The notes beneath the pieces were generated by a model. The model had not been told where the DNA came from and searched no databases. It saw nothing but the letters and a program-made list of their open reading frames with translations. A program made the position numbers and the translations under genes. From Candidatus Krumholzibacteriia bacterium (GTDB lineage: Bacteria; Krumholzibacteriota; Krumholzibacteriia; LZORAL124-64-63), in contig JBFXKG010000002.1 of assembly GCA_050174015.1 (NCBI GenBank), positions 160,001 through 224,000 of the forward strand: DNA of 64,000 nucleotides, read 5' to 3'. Positions 1 to 10,702 of the stretch are shown piece by piece (position 1 is the stretch's first letter; the number at the start of each line of letters is the position of its first letter).

Positions 1-256
1 CCTTCAGGGCGGGTTCGAGCCGCGTGCGCTGGCGGTCCGTCCTGACGTACAGGGACCAGGATTCCACCCTCGACGCCTATCGTTTTTCCGGCCTGTCGGC
101 CTCGAGCACCTTGACGTACTTCTTCTGATCACGCCCGTTCCCCACCGTCCGGCAACATGCGGGTTTTCCCCCGCGGGGTGCGCGTTGTACTATTGCCCCG
201 ATGCCCGGACCCGGGGTGGGTCCGGGGCGTCGGCCACCGGCCCGGGAGAGTGGAGC

Positions 257-1993
257 TTGCAGGAACATCTCCAGCACCTCATCGAGAAGATCCGCGATTC
301 GATCATCGGGGACGACCGGGCCCTGGAAGGCCCCTTCGGGTTGCGGCGGCTGACCTATGCCGACTACACGGCCAGCGGCCGGTCACTCAGCTTCATCGAG
401 GACTACATCCGCGAGGAAGTGCTCCCCCTGTACGCCAACACCCACACCGAGACGTCCAGCACCGGTCTGCAGACGACCTGCTTCCGGGAGGACGCGCGGC
501 GGATCATCCACCGGGCCGTGGGCGGGACCGACCAGGACGTGGTGATCTTCTGCGGTTCGGGAGCCACCGGCGCGATCAACAAGCTCATCGACATCCTGAA
601 CCTGCGGGTGCCCAGGGATCTGGACGAGCGTTATGGGCTGTCCTGCCGGATTCCCGAGGACCAGCGCCCGGTGGTGTTCATCGGTCCCTACGAGCATCAT
701 TCCAACGAGCTGCCCTGGCGCGAATCCATCGCCGACGTCGTGACCATCCCCGAGGACCAGGACGGCCGCATCGACCAGGCCGCCCTCGAGGCGGAGCTGA
801 AGAACCACGCCTCGCGGCCGCTGAAGATCGGCAGCTTCTCCGCCGCGAGCAACGTGACGGGCATCGTGTCCGACACCAGGGGCATCTCCCGGCTCCTTCA
901 TCGGTACGACGCCCTGGCATTCTGGGACTTCGCCGCCGCCGCCCCGTACGTGAAGATCGAGATGAACCCCGCGGCCGCCGCGGGCGATCCCGGCGCGGGG
1001 ACGGGGCTGGCCTTCAAGGACGCCGTGTTCATCTCGCCCCACAAGTTCATCGGGGGCCCCCAGACCCCCGGAGTGCTGGTGGCCAAGAAGGCCCTGCTGA
1101 CCAACCGGGTGCCGTCGGTCCCGGGTGGAGGAACGGTCAGCTACGTCAGCTCCGCCAGGCACACCTACCTGAAGGACCACGCCCACCGCGAGGAGGGCGG
1201 GACGCCGGGCATCATCGAGGCCATCCGGGCGGGGCTGGTCTTCCATCTCAAGGGCGCCGTGGGCGAGGAGAACATCGAGGAGCTGGAGGACGGATTCCTG
1301 CGCCGGGCGATCGCCACCTGGGCAGAGCATCCCAACATCCACATCCTGGGGAACCTTGAGGCCCAGCGCCTGTCCATCGTCTCCTTCGTGATCCGGCACC
1401 GGGATCGCATCCTGCACCACAACTACGTGGTCGCCCTGCTCAACGACCTGTTCGGGATCCAGGCCCGCGGAGGGTGCTCCTGCGCCGGCCCCTACGGGCA
1501 CCGCCTGCTGGGGATCGACCTGGCGCACAGCATGCGCTACCACGACGCCATCAAGGCCGGCGCCGAGGGGATCAAGCCGGGCTGGGTCCGTCTGAACTTC
1601 AACTACTTCATCAGCGAGGAGGTGTTCCGGTTCCTCACGCGGGCCGTGGAGATCGTCGCCGACGACGGCTGGCGCCTGCTGCCCTTCTACGACTTCGACC
1701 CCGTGACCGGGATCTGGCGGCACAAGGACTCCCGCCGCGGGGGGGGAGTGCGCCTGGACGACATCTCCTTCAGGACCGGCAGGATGCAGTACCGGGCCCA
1801 CCACGTCACCGAACCGGACACCGCCTTCGCGGACTACCTGACCGAGGCGGAGAAGCTGATGGCCAGCCTGCGGGAATTCGCGGCGGAGGCGGGTTCGGGC
1901 GGCGGCCCGGGCCCGGGCCCGGATTCCGGACCCGCGACCCTCGACGAGGACCTTGAGGGGCTGCGCTGGTTTCCCCTGCCGGGGGAGGGCTGA
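257..1993 (+). CDS. Aminotransferase class V / cysteine desulfurase (SufS-like) PLP enzyme
   Basis: YADYTASG, HHSNELPW, SAASNVTG, PLP-lysine motif SPHKFIGG and RGGCSCAG. Start placed at TTG 257 after GGGAGAG; the ORF track opens at 185. Confidence 0.85.
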   Translation: MQEHLQHLIEKIRDSIIGDDRALEGPFGLRRLTYADYTASGRSLSFIEDYIREEVLPLYANTHTETSSTGLQTTCFREDARRIIHRAVGGTDQDVVIFCGSGATGAINKLIDILNLRVPRDLDERYGLSCRIPEDQRPVVFIGPYEHHSNELPWRESIADVVTIPEDQDGRIDQAALEAELKNHASRPLKIGSFSAASNVTGIVSDTRGISRLLHRYDALAFWDFAAAAPYVKIEMNPAAAAGDPGAGTGLAFKDAVFISPHKFIGGPQTPGVLVAKKALLTNRVPSVPGGGTVSYVSSARHTYLKDHAHREEGGTPGIIEAIRAGLVFHLKGAVGEENIEELEDGFLRRAIATWAEHPNIHILGNLEAQRLSIVSFVIRHRDRILHHNYVVALLNDLFGIQARGGCSCAGPYGHRLLGIDLAHSMRYHDAIKAGAEGIKPGWVRLNFNYFISEEVFRFLTRAVEIVADDGWRLLPFYDFDPVTGIWRHKDSRRGGGVRLDDISFRTGRMQYRAHHVTEPDTAFADYLTEAEKLMASLREFAAEAGSGGGPGPGPDSGPATLDEDLEGLRWFPLPGEG

Positions 1994-2042
1994 GGGGTCA
2001 TGGCGGAGGTGTGGCGCCGCGGACCTGCCCGGCGGATCCGGA

Positions 2043-2543
2043 TCAGCCGAAGATCAGCTGGACGACCTTCTCCAGGCCGGCGCGGTCGGCCTCGCTGAAG
2101 GCGTCGGGCCGGTCGGAATCCACGTCCAGCACCCCCACCACGTTGCCCGCCGGTTCCCGCACCGGGACGACGATCTCGCTCCGGGACCGCTCGTCGCAGG
2201 CGACGTGGCCCGCGAAGGCGTGGACGTCGGGGACGATGATGGAGCGGCGTTCGCGCACGCCCGTCCAGCAGACCCCGTCGGGACCGGGCAGGACGGCGCA
2301 GGCCAGGGGGCCCTGGTAGGGGCCGACGATCAACTCGCCGCCTTCCAGGCGGTAGAATCCGGTCCAGAAATAGTGGGGCATCTTGTGGTGCAGCAGGGCC
2401 GCGATCGTGGCCATCCGGGAGATCTCGTCCCACCCGGATTCCGCGTACCTTTCGAACAGCTCCTCGAGTTGCCGGAAGATCCGTTCATAGCGGCCGGCGA
2501 GCTGTTCGGGAGTGATACCGCCGCTGGATCGGGAGGAAGGCAT
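2043..2543 (-). CDS. msrC: GAF-domain protein, free methionine-(R)-sulfoxide reductase-like
   Basis: WTGFY, GPYQGPLAC, GVCW, VPDVHAFAGHVACD, SEIVVP and VLDVDS motifs typical of fRMsr. Confidence 0.8.
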   Translation of the reverse strand: MPSSRSSGGITPEQLAGRYERIFRQLEELFERYAESGWDEISRMATIAALLHHKMPHYFWTGFYRLEGGELIVGPYQGPLACAVLPGPDGVCWTGVRERRSIIVPDVHAFAGHVACDERSRSEIVVPVREPAGNVVGVLDVDSDRPDAFSEADRAGLEKVVQLIFG

Positions 2544-2564
2544 GATGCATCCTTTCGGACCGGC

Positions 2565-3956
2565 TCAGGGAAGGAGGCGCGGCAGGTATTCCCCGCCTGG
2601 CTGATCCCCGCAAAGCCGCCCCCGATCGACCACCCGGCGGCCTCGCAGCCAGACGTCGGTCACCTGCCCGCTGACCGGCAGGCCCTTGTAGAGGTTCCCG
2701 GCCCCGTCGCTCGAGCCCAGGGGTTGCCAGGGGCCTTCGACCAGGGGATCGAAGCAAACGATATCGGCATCGTAACCGGGTTGCAAGCGTCCTTTGCGGC
2801 CGGAAAGTCCCATGATCTCAGCAGGTTTTGCCGCCACGGCCTCGATCCAGCGGCCGGGGCCCAGACGGTCCTTGCGGACCAGTTCGCTGAAGGACAGGGT
2901 GATCCTCTCCCCGACCCCGCCGCAACCGTTGGGAACGCCGGGGAAGCCGCCGGCCGCCGCGGCGGCCTTGACCGCCAGGGGGAATTCGCAATGGTCGGTC
3001 GACAGGATGTCGATCCGTCCGGCGGCGAGCCCCCGGACCAGGCCGCGGCCGTGGCGGGCGGGGCGCAGGGGGGGCGAACAAAGGGCCGCGAGGGCGGGCT
3101 CGTGGCCGGAACGGTAGAGTCCGTCGTCGGCCAGCAGGTGGTGCAGGCAGACCTCGCCGATCAGCGGCAGGTCGGGCCCGCCGTCCCGGCGCCGTCGCCG
3201 GGCTGCCTCCAGCGCCGCCAGGCTGTCTTCCAGGCTCAGGTGGACCACCGTCAGGGGGCAGCCGTGCTCCAGGGCCAGGGCCAGGCAGCGTTCGACCGCC
3301 TGCGTTTCCGATTCGGGAGGATGGGCGGCCGGATGCCAGTTCGGGGTGGTGCGCCCGGTCGCCAGGAGGACCTGCTCGGCCTCCGCGTTCATCTCGCCGT
3401 CCTCGGCGTGCACCAGCAGCATGCCTCCGGCGGCCTTCACCCTGGTCATCAGGAGTCCCATCTGGGATTCCGTCAGCATGAGGCGGCCCTTGTAGGCCAG
3501 GAAGCCCTTGAAGGTGGGAATGCCGCGGGCGACCAGGGCGGGGATCTCCGCCAGACGTTCCGGGGCGGTGTCGGTCACGGTGCAGTGGAGACCGAAATCG
3601 CAGAGGCAGGCGCCTTGCGCCATGGCCAGCCAGCGGTCGACGGCCTGGGCCAGGGATTCGCCCGGTTCGGGGTTGGCGAAGTCGATGATGGTGGTGGTTC
3701 CGCCCAGCAGGGCGGCCTCGCTGCTCTGTCGCCACCCCAGGCTGGCGACGCCGGGACGCAGGGGCATGCCGAAGTGGGTGTGGACGTCGACCCCGCCGGG
3801 CAGGATCCACCGGCCGGCGGCGGAGAACACTTCCTCGCCCGGGGAGGGGTCGGCCGCGCCGGGGGGGGTGACGGCCGCGATGACCGCCCCTGCCACCTGG
3901 AGATCGGCGGGAACGGGCCCGGCTGCGGTGATCAGAAGGCCTCCTCGGATGATCAT
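2565..3956 (-). CDS. Dihydropyrimidinase / cyclic amidohydrolase family
   Basis: PGGVDVHTH, GGTTTIIDF, FKGFLAY (carbamylated Lys), VHAE, VHLS, STDHC and GYDADIV. Confidence 0.85.
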   Translation of the reverse strand: MIIRGGLLITAAGPVPADLQVAGAVIAAVTPPGAADPSPGEEVFSAAGRWILPGGVDVHTHFGMPLRPGVASLGWRQSSEAALLGGTTTIIDFANPEPGESLAQAVDRWLAMAQGACLCDFGLHCTVTDTAPERLAEIPALVARGIPTFKGFLAYKGRLMLTESQMGLLMTRVKAAGGMLLVHAEDGEMNAEAEQVLLATGRTTPNWHPAAHPPESETQAVERCLALALEHGCPLTVVHLSLEDSLAALEAARRRRRDGGPDLPLIGEVCLHHLLADDGLYRSGHEPALAALCSPPLRPARHGRGLVRGLAAGRIDILSTDHCEFPLAVKAAAAAGGFPGVPNGCGGVGERITLSFSELVRKDRLGPGRWIEAVAAKPAEIMGLSGRKGRLQPGYDADIVCFDPLVEGPWQPLGSSDGAGNLYKGLPVSGQVTDVWLRGRRVVDRGRLCGDQPGGEYLPRLLP

Positions 3957-4211
3957 GCCCTACCTATAGCGGGAACCGCCGGGCTTGGCCAGGGTAAAAA
4001 GCTGATCGGCCCGGTCCCCGGTCCCGCGGGGGATTTTGCGGTTTTCCTCCCGCAGGACATGGACTAGAATGGCCCCCGTGGCCAACGTCCGGATCCTTCA
4101 GCCCGCAGAGCTGCGAGCCGGAGCGTCGAGTGGTCCGGGCCGGATCAGCCGCCGGCGGGCTCCGCCCGCTGTGCGCAAGCAGTGGATTCCCACCACAGGA
4201 GCGGTGATATC

Positions 4212-4877
4212 ATGAAAAAATGGATCAGCCTGCTGCTGCTCGTCGCTTTGATCGCCGGGGCGGCCGGGTGCGCCAATATGAACAGGCAACAGAAGGGCAC
4301 CGTCATCGGGGCCGGGACCGGGGCCGCCATCGGCGGGATCATCGGCAAGAACAGCGGAGACACCGCCATGGGAGCCCTGCTCGGCGCCATGGTCGGCGGC
4401 GCAGCCGGGGCCTACATCGGCGGCTACATGGACGACCAGGCCGAGGAGATCGAGCGGGACCTCGAAGGCGCCAGCGTCGAGCGGGTGGGCGAGGGCATCA
4501 AGATCACCTTCGATTCGGGCATCCTGTTCGAGGTCGCCAAGAGCGACCTCCAGGCCGGCGCGAGGACCAACCTCGGCAACCTCTCGGCCATCCTGCAGAA
4601 GTACTCCGACACCGACATCCTCATCGAGGGGCATACCGATGCGGACGGCGCGGAGGACTACAACCTGGAACTCTCCCGCAACCGGGCCAACTCGGTGGCC
4701 AACTATCTGTCCGGCCTCGGGGTGGACGCCACGCGCTTCACCATCATGGGCTACGGCGAGACCCAGCCCATCGCCGACAACGCGACCGTCGAGGGCAAGC
4801 GCCAGAACCGGCGGGTGGAACTGGCCATCATGGCCAACAACAAGCTGAAGAAGATCGCCGAGCAGAAGGCCGGCTGA
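4212..4877 (+). CDS. OmpA-family outer-membrane lipoprotein with glycine zipper
   Basis: Lipobox AAGC, glycine-zipper GAxxGA repeats, OmpA_C motifs IEGHTD, LSRNRA and NRRVE. ATG at 4212. Confidence 0.92.
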   Translation: MKKWISLLLLVALIAGAAGCANMNRQQKGTVIGAGTGAAIGGIIGKNSGDTAMGALLGAMVGGAAGAYIGGYMDDQAEEIERDLEGASVERVGEGIKITFDSGILFEVAKSDLQAGARTNLGNLSAILQKYSDTDILIEGHTDADGAEDYNLELSRNRANSVANYLSGLGVDATRFTIMGYGETQPIADNATVEGKRQNRRVELAIMANNKLKKIAEQKAG

Positions 4878-4934
4878 TCGGTCCGGCCGGAAAGATCCGG
4901 CCGGAAGGTGTGACGGCCAGGCGCGGGAAGGCTT

Positions 4935-6542
4935 ATGAAGCGGATCCATACGAGAATCAACAGGAACGATGCGAGCTTCCAGGAAAACGACCGACTGAAC
5001 CGCCGCAGGGCCGCCGATCTGGCGGCCCTGCTGCAGGGAATCAGGCTGGGCGGCAGCGAGAAGGCCAGGCAGCGGCATCTCGCCCAGGGCAAGCTGCTGG
5101 TGCGGGACAGGATCGAGGGCCTGCTCGATCCCGGAACCCCGTTCCTGGAGCTGTCGCCCCTGGCGGCCCGCGGGGTCTATGAGGACGACGTGCCCGCGGC
5201 GGGGCTGGTCACCGGGGTCGGCATGGTCCACGGCCGGCAGGTGATGATCGTGGCGAACGACGCCACGGTCAAGGGCGGCACCTACTATCCGGTCACCGTC
5301 AAGAAGCACCTTCGGGCCCAGGAGATCGCCCGGGAGAACCGCCTGCCGTGCATCTACCTCGTCGACAGCGGGGGGGCGTTCCTGCCCCTCCAGGCCGAGG
5401 TGTTTCCCGACCGGGAGCACTTCGGGCGCATCTTCTACAACCAGGCGACGCTCAGCGCCCTGGAGATCCCCCAGATCAGCGCGGTGCTGGGTTCCTGCAC
5501 CGCGGGCGGGGCCTACGTCCCCGCGATGAGCGACGAGGTCGTCATCGTCAAGGAGCAGGGCACGATCTTCCTGGGCGGACCGCCCCTGGTCAAGGCGGCC
5601 ACGGGCGAGGAGGTCACGGCCGAGGAGCTGGGCGGGGGCGACGTCCACACCCGCATCAGCGGGGTGGCCGACTATCTCGCCAACGACGACGCCCACGCCC
5701 TGCGCCTGGTCCGGGACATCGTCGAGGACCTGGGGCCGGTCAGCAGGACCGTCACCCCGGGGGACCGGGCCGAGGACCCCTATTACGATCCCGACGAGCT
5801 CTACGGCGTCGTCAGCCACGATCCCAAGTTCCCCTTCGACATCCGGGAGGTCATCGCCCGGATCGTGGACGGCAGCCGCCTGCACGAGTTCAAGCCCCGT
5901 TACGGGACCACCCTGGTCTGCGGGTTCGCGCGCATCCACGGGATCACCGTGGGCATCCTCGCCAACAACGGCATCCTGTTCAGCGAGGAGGCGCTCAAGG
6001 GCACCCACTTCATCGAGCTCTGCAACGGGCGCCGCATCCCTCTGCTCTTCCTGCAGAACATCACCGGCTTCATGATCGGCAAGCGCTACGAGCACGGCGG
6101 CATCGCCAAGGACGGCGCCAAGCTGGTGAACGCGGTCAGCAACAGCACGGTCCCCAAGTTCACGGTGATCGTCGGCGGCAGCTTCGGGGCGGGCAACTAC
6201 GGCATGTGCGGGCGCGCCTACCAGCCGCGGCTGCTGTTCATGTGGCCCCATGCCAAGATCTCCGTGATGGGCGGGGAGCAGGCCGCCAACGTCCTGCTGA
6301 CGGTCAAGAAGGACCAGGTCGCCCGCCATGGCGAGAGCCTCACGCCCGACCAGGAGAGCGGGATCACCGCGCCGATCCTGCAGAAGTACGAGACCGAGGG
6401 CCATGCCTACTACAGCAGCGCCAGGCTGTGGGACGACGGCGTGATCGATCCTGTCCAGACCCGGGACGTGCTCGGCCTGGCGCTGGCCATGTCCCTGAAC
6501 GCCCCCATTCCGCCGGTCAAGTTCGGCGTCTACCGGATGTAG
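4935..6542 (+). CDS. liuB: Methylcrotonyl-CoA carboxylase, carboxyltransferase (beta) subunit
   Basis: [45 protein letters not shown] and SARLWDDG. Confidence 0.9.
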   Translation: MKRIHTRINRNDASFQENDRLNRRRAADLAALLQGIRLGGSEKARQRHLAQGKLLVRDRIEGLLDPGTPFLELSPLAARGVYEDDVPAAGLVTGVGMVHGRQVMIVANDATVKGGTYYPVTVKKHLRAQEIARENRLPCIYLVDSGGAFLPLQAEVFPDREHFGRIFYNQATLSALEIPQISAVLGSCTAGGAYVPAMSDEVVIVKEQGTIFLGGPPLVKAATGEEVTAEELGGGDVHTRISGVADYLANDDAHALRLVRDIVEDLGPVSRTVTPGDRAEDPYYDPDELYGVVSHDPKFPFDIREVIARIVDGSRLHEFKPRYGTTLVCGFARIHGITVGILANNGILFSEEALKGTHFIELCNGRRIPLLFLQNITGFMIGKRYEHGGIAKDGAKLVNAVSNSTVPKFTVIVGGSFGAGNYGMCGRAYQPRLLFMWPHAKISVMGGEQAANVLLTVKKDQVARHGESLTPDQESGITAPILQKYETEGHAYYSSARLWDDGVIDPVQTRDVLGLALAMSLNAPIPPVKFGVYRM

Positions 6543-6550
6543 GAGGCGGC

Positions 6551-7444
6551 ATGGCCCTGCGCACGCGCATCCACGACCGGGTCCTGGTGATCACCCTGGA
6601 CCGCGCCGCGGTGAAGAACGCCCTCGACCGGGCGACCATGGAGGAGCTGCGGGACCTGCTGGACGGCCTGGCCTACCGCGACCCGTTGCCCGTGCCCGGG
6701 GCCGGTGCCTCGGCGGACGTGGATCCGGCCGAGCTGGGGGACCGGGGAAGGTACCGTCCCCACGTGATCGTCCTGGAGGCGGCCGGAGACGTGTTCTGCG
6801 CCGGCGCCGACCTCACGGAGATGCGCCGGCTGGGCGAGGCCGACTTCCAGACCAACCTGGCGGCCGCCCTGGACATGGGGGCGTTGTTCCGGGCCTTCCG
6901 CGGCAGCCCGGTGCCGGTCGTGGCCAGGGTCCAGGGCCCGGCCTTCGGGGGCGGGGTGGGGCTGGCCGCGGCCTGCGACGTCGTCGTCGCCACCCCCGCC
7001 GCGAGGTTCGCCTTCACCGAGGTGCGCCTGGGCCTGGTGCCCGGGGTCATCTCGCCCCTGGTGGTCGACCGCATCGGGCAGACGGCGGCCCGCCGCTACT
7101 TCTTGACCGGAGCCCGCATCGACGCGGCCGAGGCCCTTCGGATCGGCCTGGTGGACGTGGTGGCGCGGGACGGGGACCTCGACGCCGCGGTGGGCGCGGT
7201 CGTGGACGATCTCCTGAAGGCGGGACCCGAGGCCCTGAGCATGTGCAAGAGCCTGCTGGACGGGGGCCAGTCCCTGGGTTTCGCCCGCAGCGCCGAGTTC
7301 ACCGCGCGCATGATCGCCGAGGCCCGGACCAAGCCCGAGGCACAGGCCGCCCTGAAGGCCTTCTTCGCCGGGGACGCCCCGCCGTGGGTGAGCGACCGGG
7401 CGTGGACGCTGTATCGTGACGAGCCCGGGAAAGGACGCCCATGA
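6551..7444 (+). CDS. liuC: Enoyl-CoA hydratase family (methylglutaconyl-CoA hydratase-like)
   Basis: AGGAGG RBS before ATG 6551. FCAGADL, GGGVGL and FTEVRLGLVP motifs. Sits between the carboxylase subunits. Confidence 0.8.
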   Translation: MALRTRIHDRVLVITLDRAAVKNALDRATMEELRDLLDGLAYRDPLPVPGAGASADVDPAELGDRGRYRPHVIVLEAAGDVFCAGADLTEMRRLGEADFQTNLAAALDMGALFRAFRGSPVPVVARVQGPAFGGGVGLAAACDVVVATPAARFAFTEVRLGLVPGVISPLVVDRIGQTAARRYFLTGARIDAAEALRIGLVDVVARDGDLDAAVGAVVDDLLKAGPEALSMCKSLLDGGQSLGFARSAEFTARMIAEARTKPEAQAALKAFFAGDAPPWVSDRAWTLYRDEPGKGRP

Positions 7445-8988
7445 CCATCGGCCGCGCCACGCCCCCCATCCGACCCCTCGGGAAGATCCTGATCGCCAAC
7501 CGCGGCGAGATCGCCGTCCGCGTGATCAGGGCCTGCCGCGAACTGGGGATCGCCACGGTGGCCGTCTGTTCGGACGTCGACGAGACCGCCCTGCACGTGG
7601 AGCTGGCCGACCAGCACGTCGTGCTGGGGCCGGCCGAACCCGGCGCCTCGTACCTGCGGGCGGACGCGATCATCGCCGCCGCCCGGCAGACCGGTGCGCA
7701 GGCCGTCCATCCCGGTTACGGGTTCCTGGCGGAGAACGCCGGATTCGCCGCGGCCGTGGCCCGGGCCGGGCTGGTCTTCATCGGACCCTCGGCCGCGGTG
7801 ATCGAGCGGATGGGGGAGAAGACGGCCGCCCGGGCCCTCATGGAGAAGGCCGGCGTGCCGGTGGTGCCCGGCGCCCTGCTGCCTGCGGCCGACGCGGAGG
7901 GGAACCTGCCCGCAGCGGGGGTGATGGCCGCAGCCGAGCGGGTCGGATTTCCCCTGCTGGTCAAGGCCGCCTTCGGGGGCGGCGGCAAGGGGATGCGCCT
8001 GGTGACGGAGCCGGGCCAGATGGTGGCCGCCTGCCAGGGCGCGGCCCGCGAGGCGGTCAAGGCCTTCGGCAACGGCGCCGTCTACCTGGAGCGGTACCTG
8101 GAACGGCCCAGGCACATCGAATTCCAGATCTTCGGGGATTCCCACGGCAACCAGATCCACCTCTTCGAGCGTGAGTGCAGCATCCAGCGGCGCCACCAGA
8201 AGATCATCGAGGAATGCCCCTCTCCGGTCATGACCCCCGAGCTGAGGGAGCGGATGGGCCGGGCCGCCGTCGCCGCGGCCGCCGCGGTGGACTACGAGGG
8301 GGCCGGCACCGTCGAGTTCCTGCTGGGAGCCGACGGGTCCTTCTACTTCCTGGAAATGAACACCAGGCTCCAGGTGGAGCACCCGGTGACCGAACTCGCC
8401 ACGGGGCTGGACCTGGTCAAGGCCCAGATCAGGGTGGCGGCAGGACATCCCTTGCCCTGGACGCAGGAGGAGGTGCGGTTGCAGGGGCACGCCCTCGAGT
8501 GCCGGATCTACGCCGAGGATCCCGCCCGCAACTTCATGCCCTCCCTCGGGGACATCCGACTGCTGCGGGAACCCGCGGGGCCCGGGGTCCGCATCGACAC
8601 CGGGGTGCGCCAGGGCGACCGGGTCACCATGCACTACGACCCGATGATCGCGAAGCTCAGCCTGCACGGACCCGACCGGCAGGCCGCCATCGAGCGGGCC
8701 AGGGAGGCCCTGCGGCAGTACGCGGTCCTGGGGGTGGAGACCAACGTCGAGTACCTGCTCGCCATCCTGGCCGACGAGGCGTTCGTCTCGGGGGACCTGC
8801 ACACCGGATTCCTCGCCGAACGCCTGCCCGACTGGCAGCCGTCCGCCCTGGACGGCGATCTGGCCCTGGCCGTGGCGGCCGTGGCGGAACATACACGCAG
8901 CGGGGCCGATCACGGCCGCGGCTGCGGGCCGGGGGATCCCGGCCCCTGGGCCGCCCTGGGCGGCTTCAGGATCCGGGGACTGGAATGA
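7441..8988 (+). CDS. Biotin carboxylase subunit (acyl-CoA carboxylase alpha)
   Basis: ANRGEIA, HPGYGFLAEN, GGGGKGMR, RECSIQRRHQK and EMNTRLQVEH. ATGA overlap with the upstream gene. Confidence 0.93.
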   Translation: MTIGRATPPIRPLGKILIANRGEIAVRVIRACRELGIATVAVCSDVDETALHVELADQHVVLGPAEPGASYLRADAIIAAARQTGAQAVHPGYGFLAENAGFAAAVARAGLVFIGPSAAVIERMGEKTAARALMEKAGVPVVPGALLPAADAEGNLPAAGVMAAAERVGFPLLVKAAFGGGGKGMRLVTEPGQMVAACQGAAREAVKAFGNGAVYLERYLERPRHIEFQIFGDSHGNQIHLFERECSIQRRHQKIIEECPSPVMTPELRERMGRAAVAAAAAVDYEGAGTVEFLLGADGSFYFLEMNTRLQVEHPVTELATGLDLVKAQIRVAAGHPLPWTQEEVRLQGHALECRIYAEDPARNFMPSLGDIRLLREPAGPGVRIDTGVRQGDRVTMHYDPMIAKLSLHGPDRQAAIERAREALRQYAVLGVETNVEYLLAILADEAFVSGDLHTGFLAERLPDWQPSALDGDLALAVAAVAEHTRSGADHGRGCGPGDPGPWAALGGFRIRGLE

Positions 8989-9031
8989 CCGCCGGTGCGG
9001 GCCCGGTCGCCGGGCGGGAGGGGAGAAGACC

Positions 9032-9529
9032 GTGAAGGTGTTCCGCAGGAACGAACAGGACGTCCAGGTCACCGTCCGGCCCCGGGACGGGGGCTGGATC
9101 GTGAGCCTGGATGGCGAGGAACTGCCGTGGCCGGTCCGGCGGGACAGCCAGGGCGCGTGGTTCGTGGATACCCCCGAGGGGCGCCGCCGGTTCTGGGCCC
9201 ATGCCCGACAGGACGGCTGCCTCGTGTTCGGCGACGGGCGGTCCCACCGGTTCGAACTGCCGGACCCCGGGCACGAACATGAGGAGGGAGATGCCGGGGC
9301 GGGGCCCCGCCTGGTGGTGGACATGCCGGGCAAGGTGGTCAAGGTGCTGGTGGCCGCGGGGGATGACGTCGCGGTGGGCCAACCCCTGGTGATCATGGAA
9401 TCCATGAAGATGGAGACGGAGCTTGCCGCCGCCGTCGCCGGCACCGTCAGGGCGGTCCACGCCGCGGCGGGCCAGGTCGTGGGCCAGGGCGACCTCCTGC
9501 TGGAGATCGAGCCCCGGGAGGAGGAATGA
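9032..9529 (+). CDS. Biotin carboxyl carrier protein
   Basis: MPGKVV...ESMKME biotinylation motif. GTG start. Confidence 0.9.
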   Translation: MKVFRRNEQDVQVTVRPRDGGWIVSLDGEELPWPVRRDSQGAWFVDTPEGRRRFWAHARQDGCLVFGDGRSHRFELPDPGHEHEEGDAGAGPRLVVDMPGKVVKVLVAAGDDVAVGQPLVIMESMKMETELAAAVAGTVRAVHAAAGQVVGQGDLLLEIEPREEE

Positions 9530-10374
9530 AGCCCTCCCTGGCCAATCTGGTGGCCGGGACCAGGGAGCTGCAATCCCTGCCCTCGACCACGGTGCGCCTG
9601 CTCGAGTTCCTGGACGATGCCGCCGTGGGCGCCGACCGGATCCTGGACGTCATCGAAACCGATCCCGCCCTGACCACCAACCTCCTCAAGCTCTGCAACA
9701 GCGCCTACTACGGCCTGCGCCGCCAGGTGGGGACCGTACGGGAAGCCCTCGTCATGCTGGGCAACCGGACCGTGGTCAACCTCGCCTTCGCGGCCAGCAT
9801 GGGGGACATCCTCTCGGGGCCGCTGACGGCCTACCAGCTGGATCGGGGCGACCTGTGGCGCCATGCCCTTTGTACGGCCCTGGGATCGGCCCAGGTGGCC
9901 GACGATCTGGCTCTCGGGATCCCGGAGGGGCGGGCCTTCACCGCAGGTCTGGTGCACGACATCGGGAAGCTGCTCCTGGACCGCCCCCTGCGTCAGGCCC
10001 TGGCCGAACCCCTGGCGGGGTGCGGTTTCGAGGAGATGACCGTCAGGGAGCGGGCGGTCCTGGGGTTCGACCATGCCGAGGCCGGCGCCGCCCTGGCGGA
10101 GGCCTGGAACTTCCCCCCTTTCCTGGTGGACGTCATCCGCGGCCATCACGTCCTCGGGTCCCCGGCGAGGGAGGGCGTGGATCTCGCGACGGTGGTCGCG
10201 GTCGCCAACCTGGTTTCCTGCCGAGTCGGGTACGCCGGGGGCACCTCCCTGCTTTCGGAGGAGGAGTTCCTGGCCCAGCTCGCCGCCGGGGGCTGGAATC
10301 CCGACTCCCTGCAGGACGTGGTGGGCGCCATCAGGGAAAGGACCGAGCAGATGCTCCTCATCCTGGGGGTGTGA
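9526..10374 (+). CDS. HDOD-domain signalling protein
   Basis: DPALTTNLLKLCNSAYYG, AGLVHDIGK, DHAEAGA and WNFP. Confidence 0.9.
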   Translation: MKPSLANLVAGTRELQSLPSTTVRLLEFLDDAAVGADRILDVIETDPALTTNLLKLCNSAYYGLRRQVGTVREALVMLGNRTVVNLAFAASMGDILSGPLTAYQLDRGDLWRHALCTALGSAQVADDLALGIPEGRAFTAGLVHDIGKLLLDRPLRQALAEPLAGCGFEEMTVRERAVLGFDHAEAGAALAEAWNFPPFLVDVIRGHHVLGSPAREGVDLATVVAVANLVSCRVGYAGGTSLLSEEEFLAQLAAGGWNPDSLQDVVGAIRERTEQMLLILGV

Positions 10375-10654
10375 GGGGACGTCCTGCCGGGTCGTCCGCC
10401 CACCCAACGGCCGCGATTTTCAATCATATACAGCGACCAAGGAATGATGTTCAAAATCCTCCCCTCCTCCCGGAGGGTTGGGGCGTGAATTTTCCGGAAG
10501 GATTTCGAAAATAATTGGCAATCCCCGCGGACGGGTCCCGGGCGGGATTCGGCATGATTCGGGCGAATCCCCCGGCCCTCGGGATCAGGTGGGGATGCGG
10601 GGTCGAAATTTTGTTTTGAACCTGGTCTCGGGGCCGTCTTATTGTGCCTCCGTC

Positions 10655-10702
10655 CCACAAGGGGATGTGGTTGAATCCAGGGAAGAGCCCAACATATTGG
10701 GG
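10655..10702 (+). promoter_or_regulatory. Tandem NrdR-box-like sites upstream of nrdJ
   Basis: gcccaacatattgggg (10687-10702) fits the acaCwAtATaTwGtgt consensus. A weaker ccacaaggggatgtgg (10655-10670) lies 32 bp upstream. Confidence 0.7.

Noticed and set aside
77..277. 66-aa minus-strand ORF at the window start
   Set aside because: No recognisable motif or RBS, and it overlaps the likely promoter and start of the aminotransferase gene. It cannot be supported.
7096..10407. Very long antisense or alternative-frame ORFs (e.g. 1103 aa here; also 4098-6404, 11666-13831, 47959-50349, 57385-59784)
   Set aside because: They are shadows of real genes in high-GC DNA: Arg/Gly/Pro-rich, without family motifs, and fully overlapping well-supported CDSs.
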